The notes: generated from the sequence alone by a model not told the origin. 32,741 nucleotides of DNA from Deltaproteobacteria bacterium (GCA_038150265.1 JAYOTF010000038.1:1-32741), one strand, 5' to 3'; positions 8,729-18,942 are shown, numbered from the stretch's first letter. Translations and numbers: made by a program.

Positions 8729-9754
8729 ATGAGCACGGTGAGTTCTCTGGGGTTTTACATGCCGGCCGAATGGAGCCGACATACACGTTGTTTCATGGGC
8801 TGGCCCTGCCGGGAAAGTACATGGGGAGATGGCATGCCTGCCGCCAAGCGGGCCTATGCCCAGGTTGCAAAAGCCACCGCGGCCTTTGAGCCGGTTGTGA
8901 TGGTCGCCCGTCCACAGGATGCTGACGAGGCTCGTGAGCAGTGCGGCTCAACCGTTGAGGTGCTGGCGATTCCGATTGACGATTCCTGGACCCGAGACAG
9001 TGGTCCGACCTTTGTCATTGACCGCAAGAGCAACCTCGCAGGCATTGACTGGGAGTTCAACCAGTGGGGGGCCGATTATCCGGACATTGAGGATGATGCC
9101 GACTTTGCGCGTCGGTTGCTGACGCATTATGGCATCCGGACCTTCTCGGCGCCGATGGTGCTGGAAGGCGGGTCCATCCATGTGGATGGCGAAGGCACCC
9201 TGTTGACCACCGAGCAGTGCCTGCTGCACCCCAACCGGAACCCGGATCTGGAGCAGGACGAGATTGAGCAGCTGCTCAAGGAGTTCCTCGGCATTCACCA
9301 GATCATCTGGCTGGGAGACGGGTTGCTGGATGATGAAACCGATGGGCACATCGACAACATCGCCTGCTTTGTGAAGCCTGGGGTGGTGCTGGCGCTCACC
9401 ACCAGCGATCCGGAGGATGAAAACTATGAGGTGCTGCAGGACAACCTGAGCCGCCTCCGGCATGCCACCGATGTGCGGGGGCGCAAGCTGGAGGTCATTC
9501 CGGTGGAACAACCGGAGCCACGCTGGAAGGACGATGTGCGGCTGGCGATGTCGTACATCAACTTCTACCTGCCCAACGGAGGCGTGGTGCTCCCCTCGTT
9601 TGAGGATCCGGAGCGGGACGCCGCGGCGGTGGAGACGCTGCAGCAGGCCTTTCCGGACCGCAAGGTGGTGCAGGTTCCAGCGATGGACATTGTTTCCGGC
9701 GGGGGCGGCATTCACTGCATCACGCAGCAGCAGCCTGAAACCTCGACCCGGTGA
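8729..9754 (+). CDS. aguA: Agmatine deiminase
   Basis: MPAEW N-terminus, DSWTRDSGP, LEGGSIHVDGEGT, ETDGHID, SYINFY and GGGIHCITQQQP (catalytic Cys). Confidence 0.93.
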   Translation: MSTVSSLGFYMPAEWSRHTRCFMGWPCRESTWGDGMPAAKRAYAQVAKATAAFEPVVMVARPQDADEAREQCGSTVEVLAIPIDDSWTRDSGPTFVIDRKSNLAGIDWEFNQWGADYPDIEDDADFARRLLTHYGIRTFSAPMVLEGGSIHVDGEGTLLTTEQCLLHPNRNPDLEQDEIEQLLKEFLGIHQIIWLGDGLLDDETDGHIDNIACFVKPGVVLALTTSDPEDENYEVLQDNLSRLRHATDVRGRKLEVIPVEQPEPRWKDDVRLAMSYINFYLPNGGVVLPSFEDPERDAAAVETLQQAFPDRKVVQVPAMDIVSGGGGIHCITQQQPETSTR

Positions 9755-10339
9755 TCAGGTGTCCGCCCGTAGAAAGGCGGCGCCAAACCAGGCGTAGAGC
9801 TTGATGTCGAGGGCGGTTCCGGCGGCCTCTTCACGGGCAAAGAGCTCCAGCGCCTGCTCGGGCTCCACCAGCAGAACCTCCATGAACTCGGAGGGCTCGC
9901 GTTCGTGGACGGGGTTCTGGTTCTCCGGAAGCGTCTCGTCCACCAACACATGGGCGTAGGCGCATCCCTCGGAAATCAGCCCCGGAGACGAGAACCCGCG
10001 CGGGCTGACCCGCGTGACGGTTCCGACGTACCCCGTCTCTTCCTTCAACTCCCGCACCGCTGCTTCAGCAAAGCTCTCCCCGGCATCCACCAGCCCAGCT
10101 GGAAACTCCAGCACCGGCCGTCCGACGGGAGGCCGAAACTGGCGAACCAGCACCGTGCGTCCGGAAGGCTGGAGGGTGGTGACAATGATCACGGCCTCCG
10201 ACCGGCTGGAGCGGTGCACGCATTCCCACTGCCGGGTTTCCCCCCGGGCGTCTTCATACGTGATCTCTGCCAGCTCCGTCCACTTCGTTTTCAGCAGCGA
10301 GCGTTCGTGGAGAACGCGACAGTTGGTCGAATCCGTCAT
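9755..10339 (-). CDS. NUDIX hydrolase (ADP-ribose pyrophosphatase-like)
   Basis: RQFRPP and Nudix box PAGLVDAGESFAEAAVRELKEETG, followed by SPG. Confidence 0.9.
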   Translation of the reverse strand: MTDSTNCRVLHERSLLKTKWTELAEITYEDARGETRQWECVHRSSRSEAVIIVTTLQPSGRTVLVRQFRPPVGRPVLEFPAGLVDAGESFAEAAVRELKEETGYVGTVTRVSPRGFSSPGLISEGCAYAHVLVDETLPENQNPVHEREPSEFMEVLLVEPEQALELFAREEAAGTALDIKLYAWFGAAFLRADT

Positions 10340-10362
10340 CTTCTTTCCTGTTTCCGTTTCCG

Positions 10363-10821
10363 TCAGCCGACGATGTAGGTTCCGGTCCCCGTGGCAATGA
10401 GGACCCCCTGGTCATTGTGGAGCTCCATCCGGGCAACCGCCACCTTGCTGCCTGTCCGGAGGATGCTGCCGGTGGCCACAAACGAGGAGCCCAGCCCCGC
10501 CCGCAGGTAGTCCACCCGCATGTCAATGGTGCCAATCTTGGCAAAGCGTTCTGCAATCTCCTCAAAGGACTGGCCTTCCATCTGCTTCATGATGCCAACC
10601 CAGGACATCATTCCGCCAACGACATCCAGGACCGAAGCAATCACACCGCCGTGCAGGTTGCCGCGGGTGAAGTTTCCGACCAGTTCCGGACGCATTTCAA
10701 AGCGGATGCGGATGTCTTCCGAGAGGTCGAGGGACTCAACCTTGAGGCCGAGCACCTTGTTGAAGGGGATCAGCTCCTCGGTGATTTCATGAAGGAGCTG
10801 CAGCAGGCGTTGGGTGGGCAT
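10363..10821 (-). CDS. Hotdog-fold acyl-CoA thioesterase (PaaI/YigI-like)
   Basis: LVGN...LHGGVIASVLD, GTIDMRVDYLR and IATGTGTYIVG. Confidence 0.9.
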   Translation of the reverse strand: MPTQRLLQLLHEITEELIPFNKVLGLKVESLDLSEDIRIRFEMRPELVGNFTRGNLHGGVIASVLDVVGGMMSWVGIMKQMEGQSFEEIAERFAKIGTIDMRVDYLRAGLGSSFVATGSILRTGSKVAVARMELHNDQGVLIATGTGTYIVG

Positions 10822-10827
10822 GGGCGT

Positions 10828-11871
10828 TTAGGCAGGCAAGCGTTTTTGAAAGCGGTAGTGTGAGACGAGCCACTCGTTTCCCCCCCGGAAGCGCCAGACC
10901 TCGGAGGTGGCCAGGAAGAACATCCGCCAGCGATTGAACCAGACTTCCGCATCGGCGCCATAGGTGCCTTCGAGAACCGGTAGCAGGGTGTCACGCTGGG
11001 CGTCCATGTTGGCCAGCCAGGCATCAGCGGTCTTGTGGTAGTGGGTTCCGGGCATGGACCACGCCTCTTCCAGAATCAGGTGCTGCTGAAAGAGGTAGGG
11101 CAGCTCGTGGGAGGGCATGATGCCGCCGGTGAAGAAGTACTTCCCCATCCAGTTGTCGTCTCCGTCCGTCTCAAACGCGTAGGCGTGGGTCCGGTGGGTG
11201 AAGATGTGAAAGAAGAACTTGCCATCGTCGTGGAGCCACTGAGCCACCCGCTTGAGTAGCTCTCCCCAGTTGCGCATGTGCTCAAACATCTCCACAGACA
11301 CCACCCGGTCAAACGACTCTGGCGCCTCAAAGTCGTTCATGTCCTGGGTGAGGACGGTGACGTTGGAGAGGCCACGCTCCTGCATCCGGGCTTCAATGAA
11401 CGCCCGCTGAGGAGCGGAGTTGGAGACCGCCGTGATGTGGCTGTTCGGGTAGTGCGCTGCCATCCAGAGCGTGAGGGAGCCCCAGCCGCACCCCAGCTCC
11501 AGCACCTTCTGGCCATCCTGAAGCTCAGCCCGGTCGCAGGTGATGCCCAGCATCGACGCCTCCGCTGCTTCCAGGGTGTCGAGTCCGGGGGGGAAGTGGC
11601 AGCAGCTGTACTTCAGGTGCGGCCCCAGGACCTTGACGAAGAACTCCGGAGGCAGCTCGTAGTGCTGCTCGTTGGCCTTGTCGGTGTGGAGGGCAATGGA
11701 GGCTTCTCCCATTTGGCGGGAAAACTCCCACAGTTTGCGCTTCTGGGCGGCACTGCTCGGGGAACGTTCCTCCCAGAGGCGTTGCCAGCTGAAGGCACGG
11801 ATGCCTGCGCGGGTGAGGGGGTCCGGAATCTTTCCGTGCTCCACCAAGTCAATCAATTTGGCAAGAATCAT
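10828..11871 (-). CDS. SAM-dependent methyltransferase, cyclopropane-fatty-acid synthase/coclaurine N-methyltransferase-like
   Basis: ANEQHYE, LGPHLKYSC, LELGCGWGS, VSVEMFEHMRN and RWRMFF. Confidence 0.88.
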   Translation of the reverse strand: MILAKLIDLVEHGKIPDPLTRAGIRAFSWQRLWEERSPSSAAQKRKLWEFSRQMGEASIALHTDKANEQHYELPPEFFVKVLGPHLKYSCCHFPPGLDTLEAAEASMLGITCDRAELQDGQKVLELGCGWGSLTLWMAAHYPNSHITAVSNSAPQRAFIEARMQERGLSNVTVLTQDMNDFEAPESFDRVVSVEMFEHMRNWGELLKRVAQWLHDDGKFFFHIFTHRTHAYAFETDGDDNWMGKYFFTGGIMPSHELPYLFQQHLILEEAWSMPGTHYHKTADAWLANMDAQRDTLLPVLEGTYGADAEVWFNRWRMFFLATSEVWRFRGGNEWLVSHYRFQKRLPA

Positions 11872-11931
11872 AACAGTTGCGGGATAACAGGTTCACTCAT
11901 TCCAGTCACACGCCTGACGCCCCGGGAGCGT

Positions 11932-12639
11932 TCAGCCGAACACCAATGCGGCGAGGAGCCCAATCAGGCCTCCAAAGAATCCGCCCCAGACCACCAACCA
12001 GCCGAGGTGCTCTCGGATCATCTCTTCCACAATCTCCTTCACCAGCTGCGGAGTCAGCTCATCGAGCCGTGCCGCCACAATCTGGTCCACCCGGTCCAGC
12101 AGGTGGCTGTGACTCATCTGCTGCTGCAGGGCGGCCTGAAGCTCTTCCTTCTGCGCGACCTGCACCAGGTGCTCCTTCATCTTCTCCAGAAAGGGCTCCT
12201 TCAGCGGTTCCAGCGCCTGACGGCCTCCCACCATCGCCAGCATCGGACCAAAGGAAGACCCCTCAATGACGCCCACGAGTGACTCAAAGGCCTCATCCAG
12301 ATCCAGGTGCTCAACGAGTCCATCCAGCGCCGGTGGACCGGAGTCCTGAAGGAAGCGCTCCAGGTTTTCCTGAGTGAAGAACTGGCGCATCACGAGGTCG
12401 TGAATGCCGCGCTTGAAGTCTTCAAAGTGCAGCGGGATCACCCCGGTGCCATAGAGTCCGGGAATGCGCTCAAAGAGCATCGTGATCGCCAACCAGTTGG
12501 TGAGGGCGCCGGAGAGGGCAAACAGGCCGGTGTTGAGGAACCATCCGCGCCAGGGGGCTTCCAGCAGGAGTCCTGCAAGGGCAACCAGGGCGGCCAGGAC
12601 GTTGGTTCCAAACCGCTTGTTCCAAATGAAGTCTGACAC
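11932..12639 (-). CDS. DUF445-family membrane protein
   Basis: GALTNWLAITMLF near the N-terminus and HLGWLVVWGGFFGGLIG at the C-terminus. Confidence 0.85.
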   Translation of the reverse strand: MSDFIWNKRFGTNVLAALVALAGLLLEAPWRGWFLNTGLFALSGALTNWLAITMLFERIPGLYGTGVIPLHFEDFKRGIHDLVMRQFFTQENLERFLQDSGPPALDGLVEHLDLDEAFESLVGVIEGSSFGPMLAMVGGRQALEPLKEPFLEKMKEHLVQVAQKEELQAALQQQMSHSHLLDRVDQIVAARLDELTPQLVKEIVEEMIREHLGWLVVWGGFFGGLIGLLAALVFG

Positions 12640-12747
12640 AGGCGTGTGTGGTCAAGAGGAGAAGCATCAGGATTCAGTCATCTCTCACAAGTACCGAATT
12701 TTCAGCAAAGGAACAAATCGAAAGCGGGCAGGCGGGGTGGGGACCGT

Positions 12748-13920
12748 TCAAGCGCGTGCCTGCTGCCGCTTCTGCAGCAGCGTCAGGGCCAGGGCCAGCG
12801 TGGCACAGCCTGCCACGACGCCGAGAAAGGGGTGCCACCCCCACTGGTGATAGACCAGCAGGGGCCCATAGGATCCGGAGGCTCCGCCGGCATAATAAAA
12901 GGCGAGGTAGAGGCCATTGACGACGCCCCGGTTGTCTGGCGCCTGCAGGTTCACGAGTCCGGACAGCGTGGCATGGGTCAGGAAGAATCCCCCGCTGAAG
13001 ACAAACATGGCGCCATAGGCCACCGAAGGGAACGGAATCAGCAGCAGCCCCAGCCCCAGCCCAAAGCTCAGCAGCCCCCACTGCAGGTTCTCCAGCGGGC
13101 CTCCGGTCCAGCGAGACAGCCGCTCCGCGTTCACGGACACCAGCGCGCCCATCAGGTACCCCAGGTACACCAGGGCCACCAGCGATTCCGACAGTTCAGG
13201 CTGCAGGCTCTTGAGTCGAAACGGCAGGACGTTGAGGAGCCCGGAAAAGCCGACAAAGAGGAGGAAGATGGTGAGGTAGGGCTGCAGGAACGCCCGTTGC
13301 CGCAGCACGTGTCCCAGGGCGTTCCAGGGCACCTTCCGGAACTGGGTTTGCGGGTCGCGGGGGATGCGGTTCAGCAGCAGCCACCCAACCAGCAGGCCCA
13401 CCCCCCAGAAGAGGAAGGCGCTCCGCCACCCCAGCCCATCGGTCAAACCACCGGTCACCGCCCGTCCAGAGAACCCTCCGACAATGGTCAGGGCAATGTA
13501 GGTGCCCATCACCTGCCGGACGCGTTCCGGAGTGGCCAGGTTGCTGGTCCACGTCATCAGAGCCGTGATCGCTGCAGGCAGCAGGAGGCCCTGGAGCAGG
13601 CGCCCCACCAGCAGCCAGGTGAAGGTGGGGCCCCACCAGAACAGCAGCTCCGTGGCCGCCATCAGCGGCAGCACCCCATTGAGCACCCTCCGGGCAGACC
13701 AGCGCTCCACAACGTGTCCGTACAGCAGAGGCGCCACCGCCATGGGAAAGAGGGCCAGGGCCATCAGGAGCCCTGCGTGGCTGCTGGACACCTGATACTC
13801 GCGGGCCAGAAGCGGAAGGAGCGGCTGCGGCGTGTAGAGGACGGCAAAGACCATCACGGTGTTGGTCATCAAAATGCCGAAATCCCTGCGGGAAAACGAA
13901 GGCGTGGGAGGGGACGTCAT
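12748..13920 (-). CDS. MFS transporter (YnfM-like)
   Basis: About 12 hydrophobic segments; LYTPQPLLP, GRLLQG, YI...GGFSGR and NGLYLAFYYAGG. Confidence 0.88.
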   Translation of the reverse strand: MTSPPTPSFSRRDFGILMTNTVMVFAVLYTPQPLLPLLAREYQVSSSHAGLLMALALFPMAVAPLLYGHVVERWSARRVLNGVLPLMAATELLFWWGPTFTWLLVGRLLQGLLLPAAITALMTWTSNLATPERVRQVMGTYIALTIVGGFSGRAVTGGLTDGLGWRSAFLFWGVGLLVGWLLLNRIPRDPQTQFRKVPWNALGHVLRQRAFLQPYLTIFLLFVGFSGLLNVLPFRLKSLQPELSESLVALVYLGYLMGALVSVNAERLSRWTGGPLENLQWGLLSFGLGLGLLLIPFPSVAYGAMFVFSGGFFLTHATLSGLVNLQAPDNRGVVNGLYLAFYYAGGASGSYGPLLVYHQWGWHPFLGVVAGCATLALALTLLQKRQQARA

Positions 13921-14017
13921 GAACAAACCGGGTGGAATCAGGAGCCGGGAGCATCTGCTGGAATTGCACCACCTTACTCCCTCTTCTGGAGAAACGCCAC
14001 GGAAGTGTTGAACGGAA

Positions 14018-14046
14018 TTGACCCTTCGAGAGGGATTGACTACGCT
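14018..14046 (+). promoter_or_regulatory. Putative sigma70 promoter of the lon operon
   Basis: TTGACC (14018-14023), 17-nt spacer, TACGCT (14041-14046), about 70 nt upstream of the lon ATG. Confidence 0.5.
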
Positions 14047-14114
14047 AGCGCCTATCTTCTGATTCCAGGGGAGCGACTTCTCACGCCCAGCGCCCGCCCA
14101 CTTTCTTTAAGTTC

Positions 14115-16565
14115 ATGGCCCAAACAAAAAATACCTCTCGCGTCTCCAAACGCGACCGCATCCTTCTGGTGGATTCAGAAGGCACGGTCATCACCACCTC
14201 CGACCTTCCGGAGCAGGTCCCGGTGCTTCCGGTCTATCAGCGTCCGGTCTTTCCGGGAATCCTGACGACGATCGGAGCCGATCCGGAGACGAGCCGCTGG
14301 CTTCGCGATTCGTACCATGAGGAGAAGATGGTGGGCCTGATCATGGTCCGCCGGAACATGGAAGACACGGACCTGGAGCAGCGTCGCCCGCAGTCGGCCT
14401 CGCAGCTGCACCGCGTGGGCACGCTGGGGTACATCCTGCACTGGGTGGAGCTTCCGGATGAAAGCTGCCAGTTCATGATCAGCACCCTCCAGCGCTTTCG
14501 TGTCGGACGCTTCAGCCGAGAGCAGGGGCACTTCCTCGCCCGGGCTTCCTACCTGGAGGAGAGCAAGCCTCCGATGACCGAGGAGCTGAAGGCGGCAGCG
14601 GCAGCGATCATGTCCACCCTCAAGGACATCATCCCCTACAATCCGACCTTTTCGCAGGAGATGTACATGCTCCTCAACCAGGTGGACATCAATGAGCCGG
14701 CGATGCTCACCGACCTGGCCGCGTCGATGACGAATGCCAAGAGCGGGGACCTGCAGAAGATCCTGGAGACCACCGACCTGGCGAAGCGGATGGAGCAGAC
14801 CCTGCTGCTGCTGCGCGAGGAGTACGACCTGAGCCTCCTCAAGGAGCAGATCAGCCAGAAGATTGATGAGCGGGTTTCCAAGCACCAGCGCGAGTTCTTC
14901 CTCCGGGAGCAACTGCGAGAAATTCAGCGGGAGCTGGGCCTGGAGCAGGACCGCAAGACGGTGGAGCTGCAACGCTTTGCCGAACGTCTGGAGGCCAAGA
15001 ACCTTCCGGAAGACGTCGAGGTTCGGGTGGACGAGGAGCTCCGCCGCTACGCCATGCTGGAGGAAAACTCTCCCGAGCTGCAGACCCTCCACCAGTACCT
15101 CGACCTTGTCTCGACGTTGCCGTGGAACGAGTTCACCACCGACCGTCTGGACCTCAAGCATGCTCGCAAGGTGCTGGAGTCCGACCACTATGGACTGGAG
15201 GATGTGAAGAAGCGCATCCTGGAGTTCATTGCCGTCCGCAAGCTCAAGGGCACCCTCAAGGGCGCGATCATCTGCCTGGTGGGACCTCCCGGAGTGGGGA
15301 AAACGTCGCTGGGCCGCTCAATTGCGAAGTCGCTGGGCCGGCAGTTCTACCGCTTCTCCGTCGGCGGTCTGGGAGATGAGAGCGAGCTGAAGGGGCACCG
15401 CCGGACCTACGTCGGGGCCATGCCGGGGCGCCTGATCCAGGCCTTGCGGCACACGCAGGCGGCCAATCCGGTGGTGCTGCTGGATGAGATTGACAAGATG
15501 GGACGCGGAGGCTTCCGGGGCGATCCGCAGGCGGTGCTGCTGGAGATTCTGGATCCGGAGCAGAACCGCGATTTCCTCGACCATTACCTGGACCTCCGCT
15601 TTGACCTTTCCAACGTGCTCTTCATTGCCACCGCAAACACGCTGGAAACGCTTCCGGCGGCCCTGATTGACCGGATGGAGGTGCTGCGTCTGCCGGGATA
15701 CATTCCCGAGGAAAAGCAGGAGATCACCCGCAAGTACCTGATTCCCAAGCAGATGAAGGAAGCCGGGCTGACCGCCCGTCAGTTCCGCCTCAAGCCAGAG
15801 GCCGTGACGCACCTGATCCGTTACTACTCGCAGGAAGTGGGCATCCGGGGGCTGGAGCGGCGCCTCAAGAGCCTCCTCCGGCAAGCGGCCCTGAAGATCG
15901 TGTCTGGCGAGTGCAAGCGGCTGGTGCTGGACGTGCCGCTGCTGCAGGAACTGCTCGGCCCTCCGGAGTCGCAACGGGACGCGTATCAGGCGAAGGGCAT
16001 TCCGGGAGTGGTGCAGGGGCTGGCCTGGACTCCTGTGGGGGGCGAGGTGCTGCCGATTGAGGCGATTCGGCTTCCGGATGCTTCCGGAGACCGGTTGCGC
16101 CTGACCGGACAGCTGGGAGACGTGATGCTGGAATCTTCCCGCATTGCCTACAGCTACATTCAGTCGCTTCCGCTCAAACGCTCCGGACGGCCTCGGCCGC
16201 TGCATCAGCGCGCCATTCACCTCCATGTTCCAGAAGGCGCCACGCCAAAGGATGGCCCCTCTGCCGGCATTGCCATGGCCACGGCGTTGCTGTCGCTGCT
16301 GCTGGAGCAACCGGTGGCGCCTGACCTGGCAATGACGGGAGAGATCACCCTCACTGGGCAGGTCCTGCCGGTGGGAGGCATTCGAGAAAAACTCGTGGGA
16401 GCCCGTTTGGCTGGAGTCAAGACCGTCTTGCTTCCGGAGCCGAACCGGGCTCAGTATGCAGAACTCCCCGCCTCCCTCAAGGCGGACCTGGAGGTACACT
16501 TTGTGCGTCACTACCATGAAGTGGCTCAGCTGGCCCTGAACCTGGATCTTTCCGCATCACCCTAG
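14115..16565 (+). CDS. lon: ATP-dependent protease La (Lon)
   Basis: LON N-domain (PVFPG), DHYGLEDVKKRILE, Walker A GPPGVGKT, GHRRTYVGAMPG, Walker B LLDEIDK, catalytic PKDGPSAG and GGIREK. Confidence 0.97.
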   Translation: MAQTKNTSRVSKRDRILLVDSEGTVITTSDLPEQVPVLPVYQRPVFPGILTTIGADPETSRWLRDSYHEEKMVGLIMVRRNMEDTDLEQRRPQSASQLHRVGTLGYILHWVELPDESCQFMISTLQRFRVGRFSREQGHFLARASYLEESKPPMTEELKAAAAAIMSTLKDIIPYNPTFSQEMYMLLNQVDINEPAMLTDLAASMTNAKSGDLQKILETTDLAKRMEQTLLLLREEYDLSLLKEQISQKIDERVSKHQREFFLREQLREIQRELGLEQDRKTVELQRFAERLEAKNLPEDVEVRVDEELRRYAMLEENSPELQTLHQYLDLVSTLPWNEFTTDRLDLKHARKVLESDHYGLEDVKKRILEFIAVRKLKGTLKGAIICLVGPPGVGKTSLGRSIAKSLGRQFYRFSVGGLGDESELKGHRRTYVGAMPGRLIQALRHTQAANPVVLLDEIDKMGRGGFRGDPQAVLLEILDPEQNRDFLDHYLDLRFDLSNVLFIATANTLETLPAALIDRMEVLRLPGYIPEEKQEITRKYLIPKQMKEAGLTARQFRLKPEAVTHLIRYYSQEVGIRGLERRLKSLLRQAALKIVSGECKRLVLDVPLLQELLGPPESQRDAYQAKGIPGVVQGLAWTPVGGEVLPIEAIRLPDASGDRLRLTGQLGDVMLESSRIAYSYIQSLPLKRSGRPRPLHQRAIHLHVPEGATPKDGPSAGIAMATALLSLLLEQPVAPDLAMTGEITLTGQVLPVGGIREKLVGARLAGVKTVLLPEPNRAQYAELPASLKADLEVHFVRHYHEVAQLALNLDLSASP

Positions 16566-16585
16566 AATTGCCGAGGCGTCCTGTT

Positions 16586-17116
16586 ATGGATTCGAACGAA
16601 CTTTCTCCCCAGTGGCCTCTTGCGGCCGTTCCGCACCCCATGCTCTCCTCAAACGAGGAAGATCGCTTCCGCTACCTGCAGATCCTCACGCTGCTGATTG
16701 ACGCTGATGACGTGATCATGGATGAGGAGATTGACTACCTCCATCGCATGGTGTCGCTGCTGGACATGCCGAATGGAACCCTGGGGCAGCTCATCAAGTA
16801 CGTGGAGCAGCCATCGGAAGATGACCTGCGCAAGGCCCTGGTGGCGTTCTTTGACCGACGTGGCAACGCCTTGATGATCGACCTGATCATGGTCGCCTGG
16901 TCTGATGAGGAGTTCCATCCGAAGGAGCGACAGTTCATCATGAACTGCGCCAAGCTGCTGGGGGTGACCCTGGACCAGCTGGAGCTGCTGCTGCAACTGG
17001 TCATCTCCATCCGGGAGCAGGACATCGACGAACTGCACCGCATCATCAATGAGATGCCCAAGCACCGGATGGACTCGGACTTTCTGCGGTTCTTCTGGAG
17101 CAGCCTGCCCTTCTAG
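16586..17116 (+). CDS. TerB-like domain protein
   Basis: Two acidic TerB-type motifs (IDADDVIMDEE and AWSDEEFHPKERQFIMNCAKLLG); helical and acidic; host-like codon usage. Confidence 0.65.
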   Translation: MDSNELSPQWPLAAVPHPMLSSNEEDRFRYLQILTLLIDADDVIMDEEIDYLHRMVSLLDMPNGTLGQLIKYVEQPSEDDLRKALVAFFDRRGNALMIDLIMVAWSDEEFHPKERQFIMNCAKLLGVTLDQLELLLQLVISIREQDIDELHRIINEMPKHRMDSDFLRFFWSSLPF

Positions 17117-17121
17117 GCGGC

Positions 17122-18435
17122 ATGTCGGGAGTCTGGAGCGCACGCCGCTCGGAGCAGGACGTGACCCGCCTGGGAGATCCACGTCTGGCTTATGAACGGG
17201 ACCGTGCTCGGGTGATTCATTCTGCGGCGTTTCGACGCCTGCAGGCCAAGACGCAGATCCTGGGGGTGCAGGAAGGGGACTTTCATCGCACCCGCCTCAC
17301 GCACTCCATGGAAGTCGCCCAAATTGGACGGGGACTGGTGCTGGTGCTGCAGGATCGGCATCCGGAGCTGAGGGCCGTCCTGCCCAGTCTGGAGCTGATT
17401 GAAACCGTGGGCCTGGCCCATGACCTGGGGCACCCTCCGTTTGGGCATGGCGGTGAAGTGGCCCTCAACTGCGTCATGTCCGGACTCGGAGGCTTCGAGG
17501 GCAACGGGCAGACGCTCCGGTTGCTCACTCGGCTGGAGGCGCACACCCCTCAACTGGGGCTGAACCTGACCCGGCGGGCCCTGCTGGGCATCCTCAAGTA
17601 TCCGGTGCCGTACCGGCAGGTCAACCGCCTGGAGGAACCTCCTCGCCCTCCGCTCCCCCGCCAAATTCGCCGAAACGACTGGCATCCCCCCAAGTGCTTC
17701 CTGGACACAGAGGTCGAGGCCGTGAACTGGGTGCTGGCGCCCCTGGGGCCAGACGACCGCCAGCGGTTTCAGGAAAGCACACCGGCTCAGGAACAGACTC
17801 ATGGCCAGGCTCGCTTCAAGTCCCTGGACGCGTCCCTCATGGAATTGGCCGATGACATCGCCTACGGCATCCACGATTTTGAAGACGGGCTGGCCCTCCG
17901 GTTCTTGCATCAGGAACACTGTGACGCGGTTTGGGCGGCAGCGGATCCGGACTGGCTGAAGCAGCACCAACTGAATCCGGAGGCGCTGACGGCCCAACTG
18001 CTGTCTGGAGGAGACGGGCGCAAGCAGGCGGTGGGGGCGCTGGTCAATGCGCTGGTGACTTCAGCGGAGCTGTTTCAGGATGAGGCCTTTGCCGAGCCCC
18101 TCCTGGCCTGGAACGTCCGGCTTCCGGAGGCCGCCGCACAGCTGCTGGAAGCCTTCAAGGCGGTTGCCTTCCGGCACATCATTTGCCTGAACACCGTGCA
18201 GGCGGCAACGTATCGGGGGCATCAGATCATCATGGCGCTTTTTGATGCCCTCAACTCCGACCCCGGTCACCTCCTCCCTGCCGGGTTTCGGCAGGAGTGG
18301 GAACGGGCAGCGACCTCGGCTGAGCAGGCCCGAGTGCTGTGTGACTACATCTCTGGAATGACGGACCAGTATGCAAACCGAACTTATGAACGCCTCTTCA
18401 TTCCTCGGCATGGCTCGGTCTTTGATCGGACTTAA
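17122..18435 (+). CDS. dgt: HD-family dGTP triphosphohydrolase (dGTPase)
   Basis: RDRARVIHSAAFRRLQAKTQ, RTRLTHSMEVAQIGR, AHDLGHPPFGH, FEGNGQTLR, LKYP, ADDIAY and DYISGMTD. Confidence 0.95.
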   Translation: MSGVWSARRSEQDVTRLGDPRLAYERDRARVIHSAAFRRLQAKTQILGVQEGDFHRTRLTHSMEVAQIGRGLVLVLQDRHPELRAVLPSLELIETVGLAHDLGHPPFGHGGEVALNCVMSGLGGFEGNGQTLRLLTRLEAHTPQLGLNLTRRALLGILKYPVPYRQVNRLEEPPRPPLPRQIRRNDWHPPKCFLDTEVEAVNWVLAPLGPDDRQRFQESTPAQEQTHGQARFKSLDASLMELADDIAYGIHDFEDGLALRFLHQEHCDAVWAAADPDWLKQHQLNPEALTAQLLSGGDGRKQAVGALVNALVTSAELFQDEAFAEPLLAWNVRLPEAAAQLLEAFKAVAFRHIICLNTVQAATYRGHQIIMALFDALNSDPGHLLPAGFRQEWERAATSAEQARVLCDYISGMTDQYANRTYERLFIPRHGSVFDRT

Positions 18436-18739
18436 GGGGCTGCTGGTGCTGGGGCTGCTGGGGTGCAGTGGGCCACCGGCCCGAGAGATTCCGCAGATGC
18501 CGTGGGGGGAGCGTCATCAGCTGAGCTGCGATGACGTCAGCCGCTGCATGCTGCAGGCTGGAGACCTCTGCCGAGGGGACTTTGAGGTGCTGGAGACGCA
18601 GTACTCGAAGGAACTGGTGGGGCGAGACCCGCTGGAGCGGAAGATCGTGACCGGCCTGGAGGTTCGCTGCAAGACGCCGGTGGCACGCCGGACCCGTCAG
18701 CTGCAGGTTGCCGAGGAGATGCGCAACGCCCGCGACTAA
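18410..18739 (+). CDS. Hypothetical lipoprotein
   Basis: MARSLIGLKGLLVLGLLG-C lipobox; four further Cys; overlaps the 3' end of dgt. Confidence 0.65.
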   Translation: MARSLIGLKGLLVLGLLGCSGPPAREIPQMPWGERHQLSCDDVSRCMLQAGDLCRGDFEVLETQYSKELVGRDPLERKIVTGLEVRCKTPVARRTRQLQVAEEMRNARD

Positions 18740-18936
18740 AAGGCGTCCACCGAGCCGATGTTGACCGCCAGTGGGCGGTCTTCCTGAAAAATGAGGGAGA
18801 GGATCTTGTACCGCCGCCCTCGGATTTCCAGTACCTTCCCCTCCTGAAGCAGCGTTGCTGGAATTTCCAGCTCCACATGTCCGCTGTGTCCGATCACTCC
18901 ATACACTTTGACCAGAAAGCTTTCTTCGACGATCAT
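18736..18936 (-). CDS. Small hypothetical protein
   Basis: 66-aa ORF with beta-rich, globular-looking composition; its stop overlaps the lipoprotein stop by 4 nt. Confidence 0.55.
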   Translation of the reverse strand: MIVEESFLVKVYGVIGHSGHVELEIPATLLQEGKVLEIRGRRYKILSLIFQEDRPLAVNIGSVDAF

Positions 18937-18942
18937 TTCCTG

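Noticed and set aside
12646..14265. 539-aa Gln/His/Gly-rich ORF on the + strand
   Set aside because: Antisense shadow of the MFS transporter; its composition mirrors Leu/Val codons on the opposite strand.
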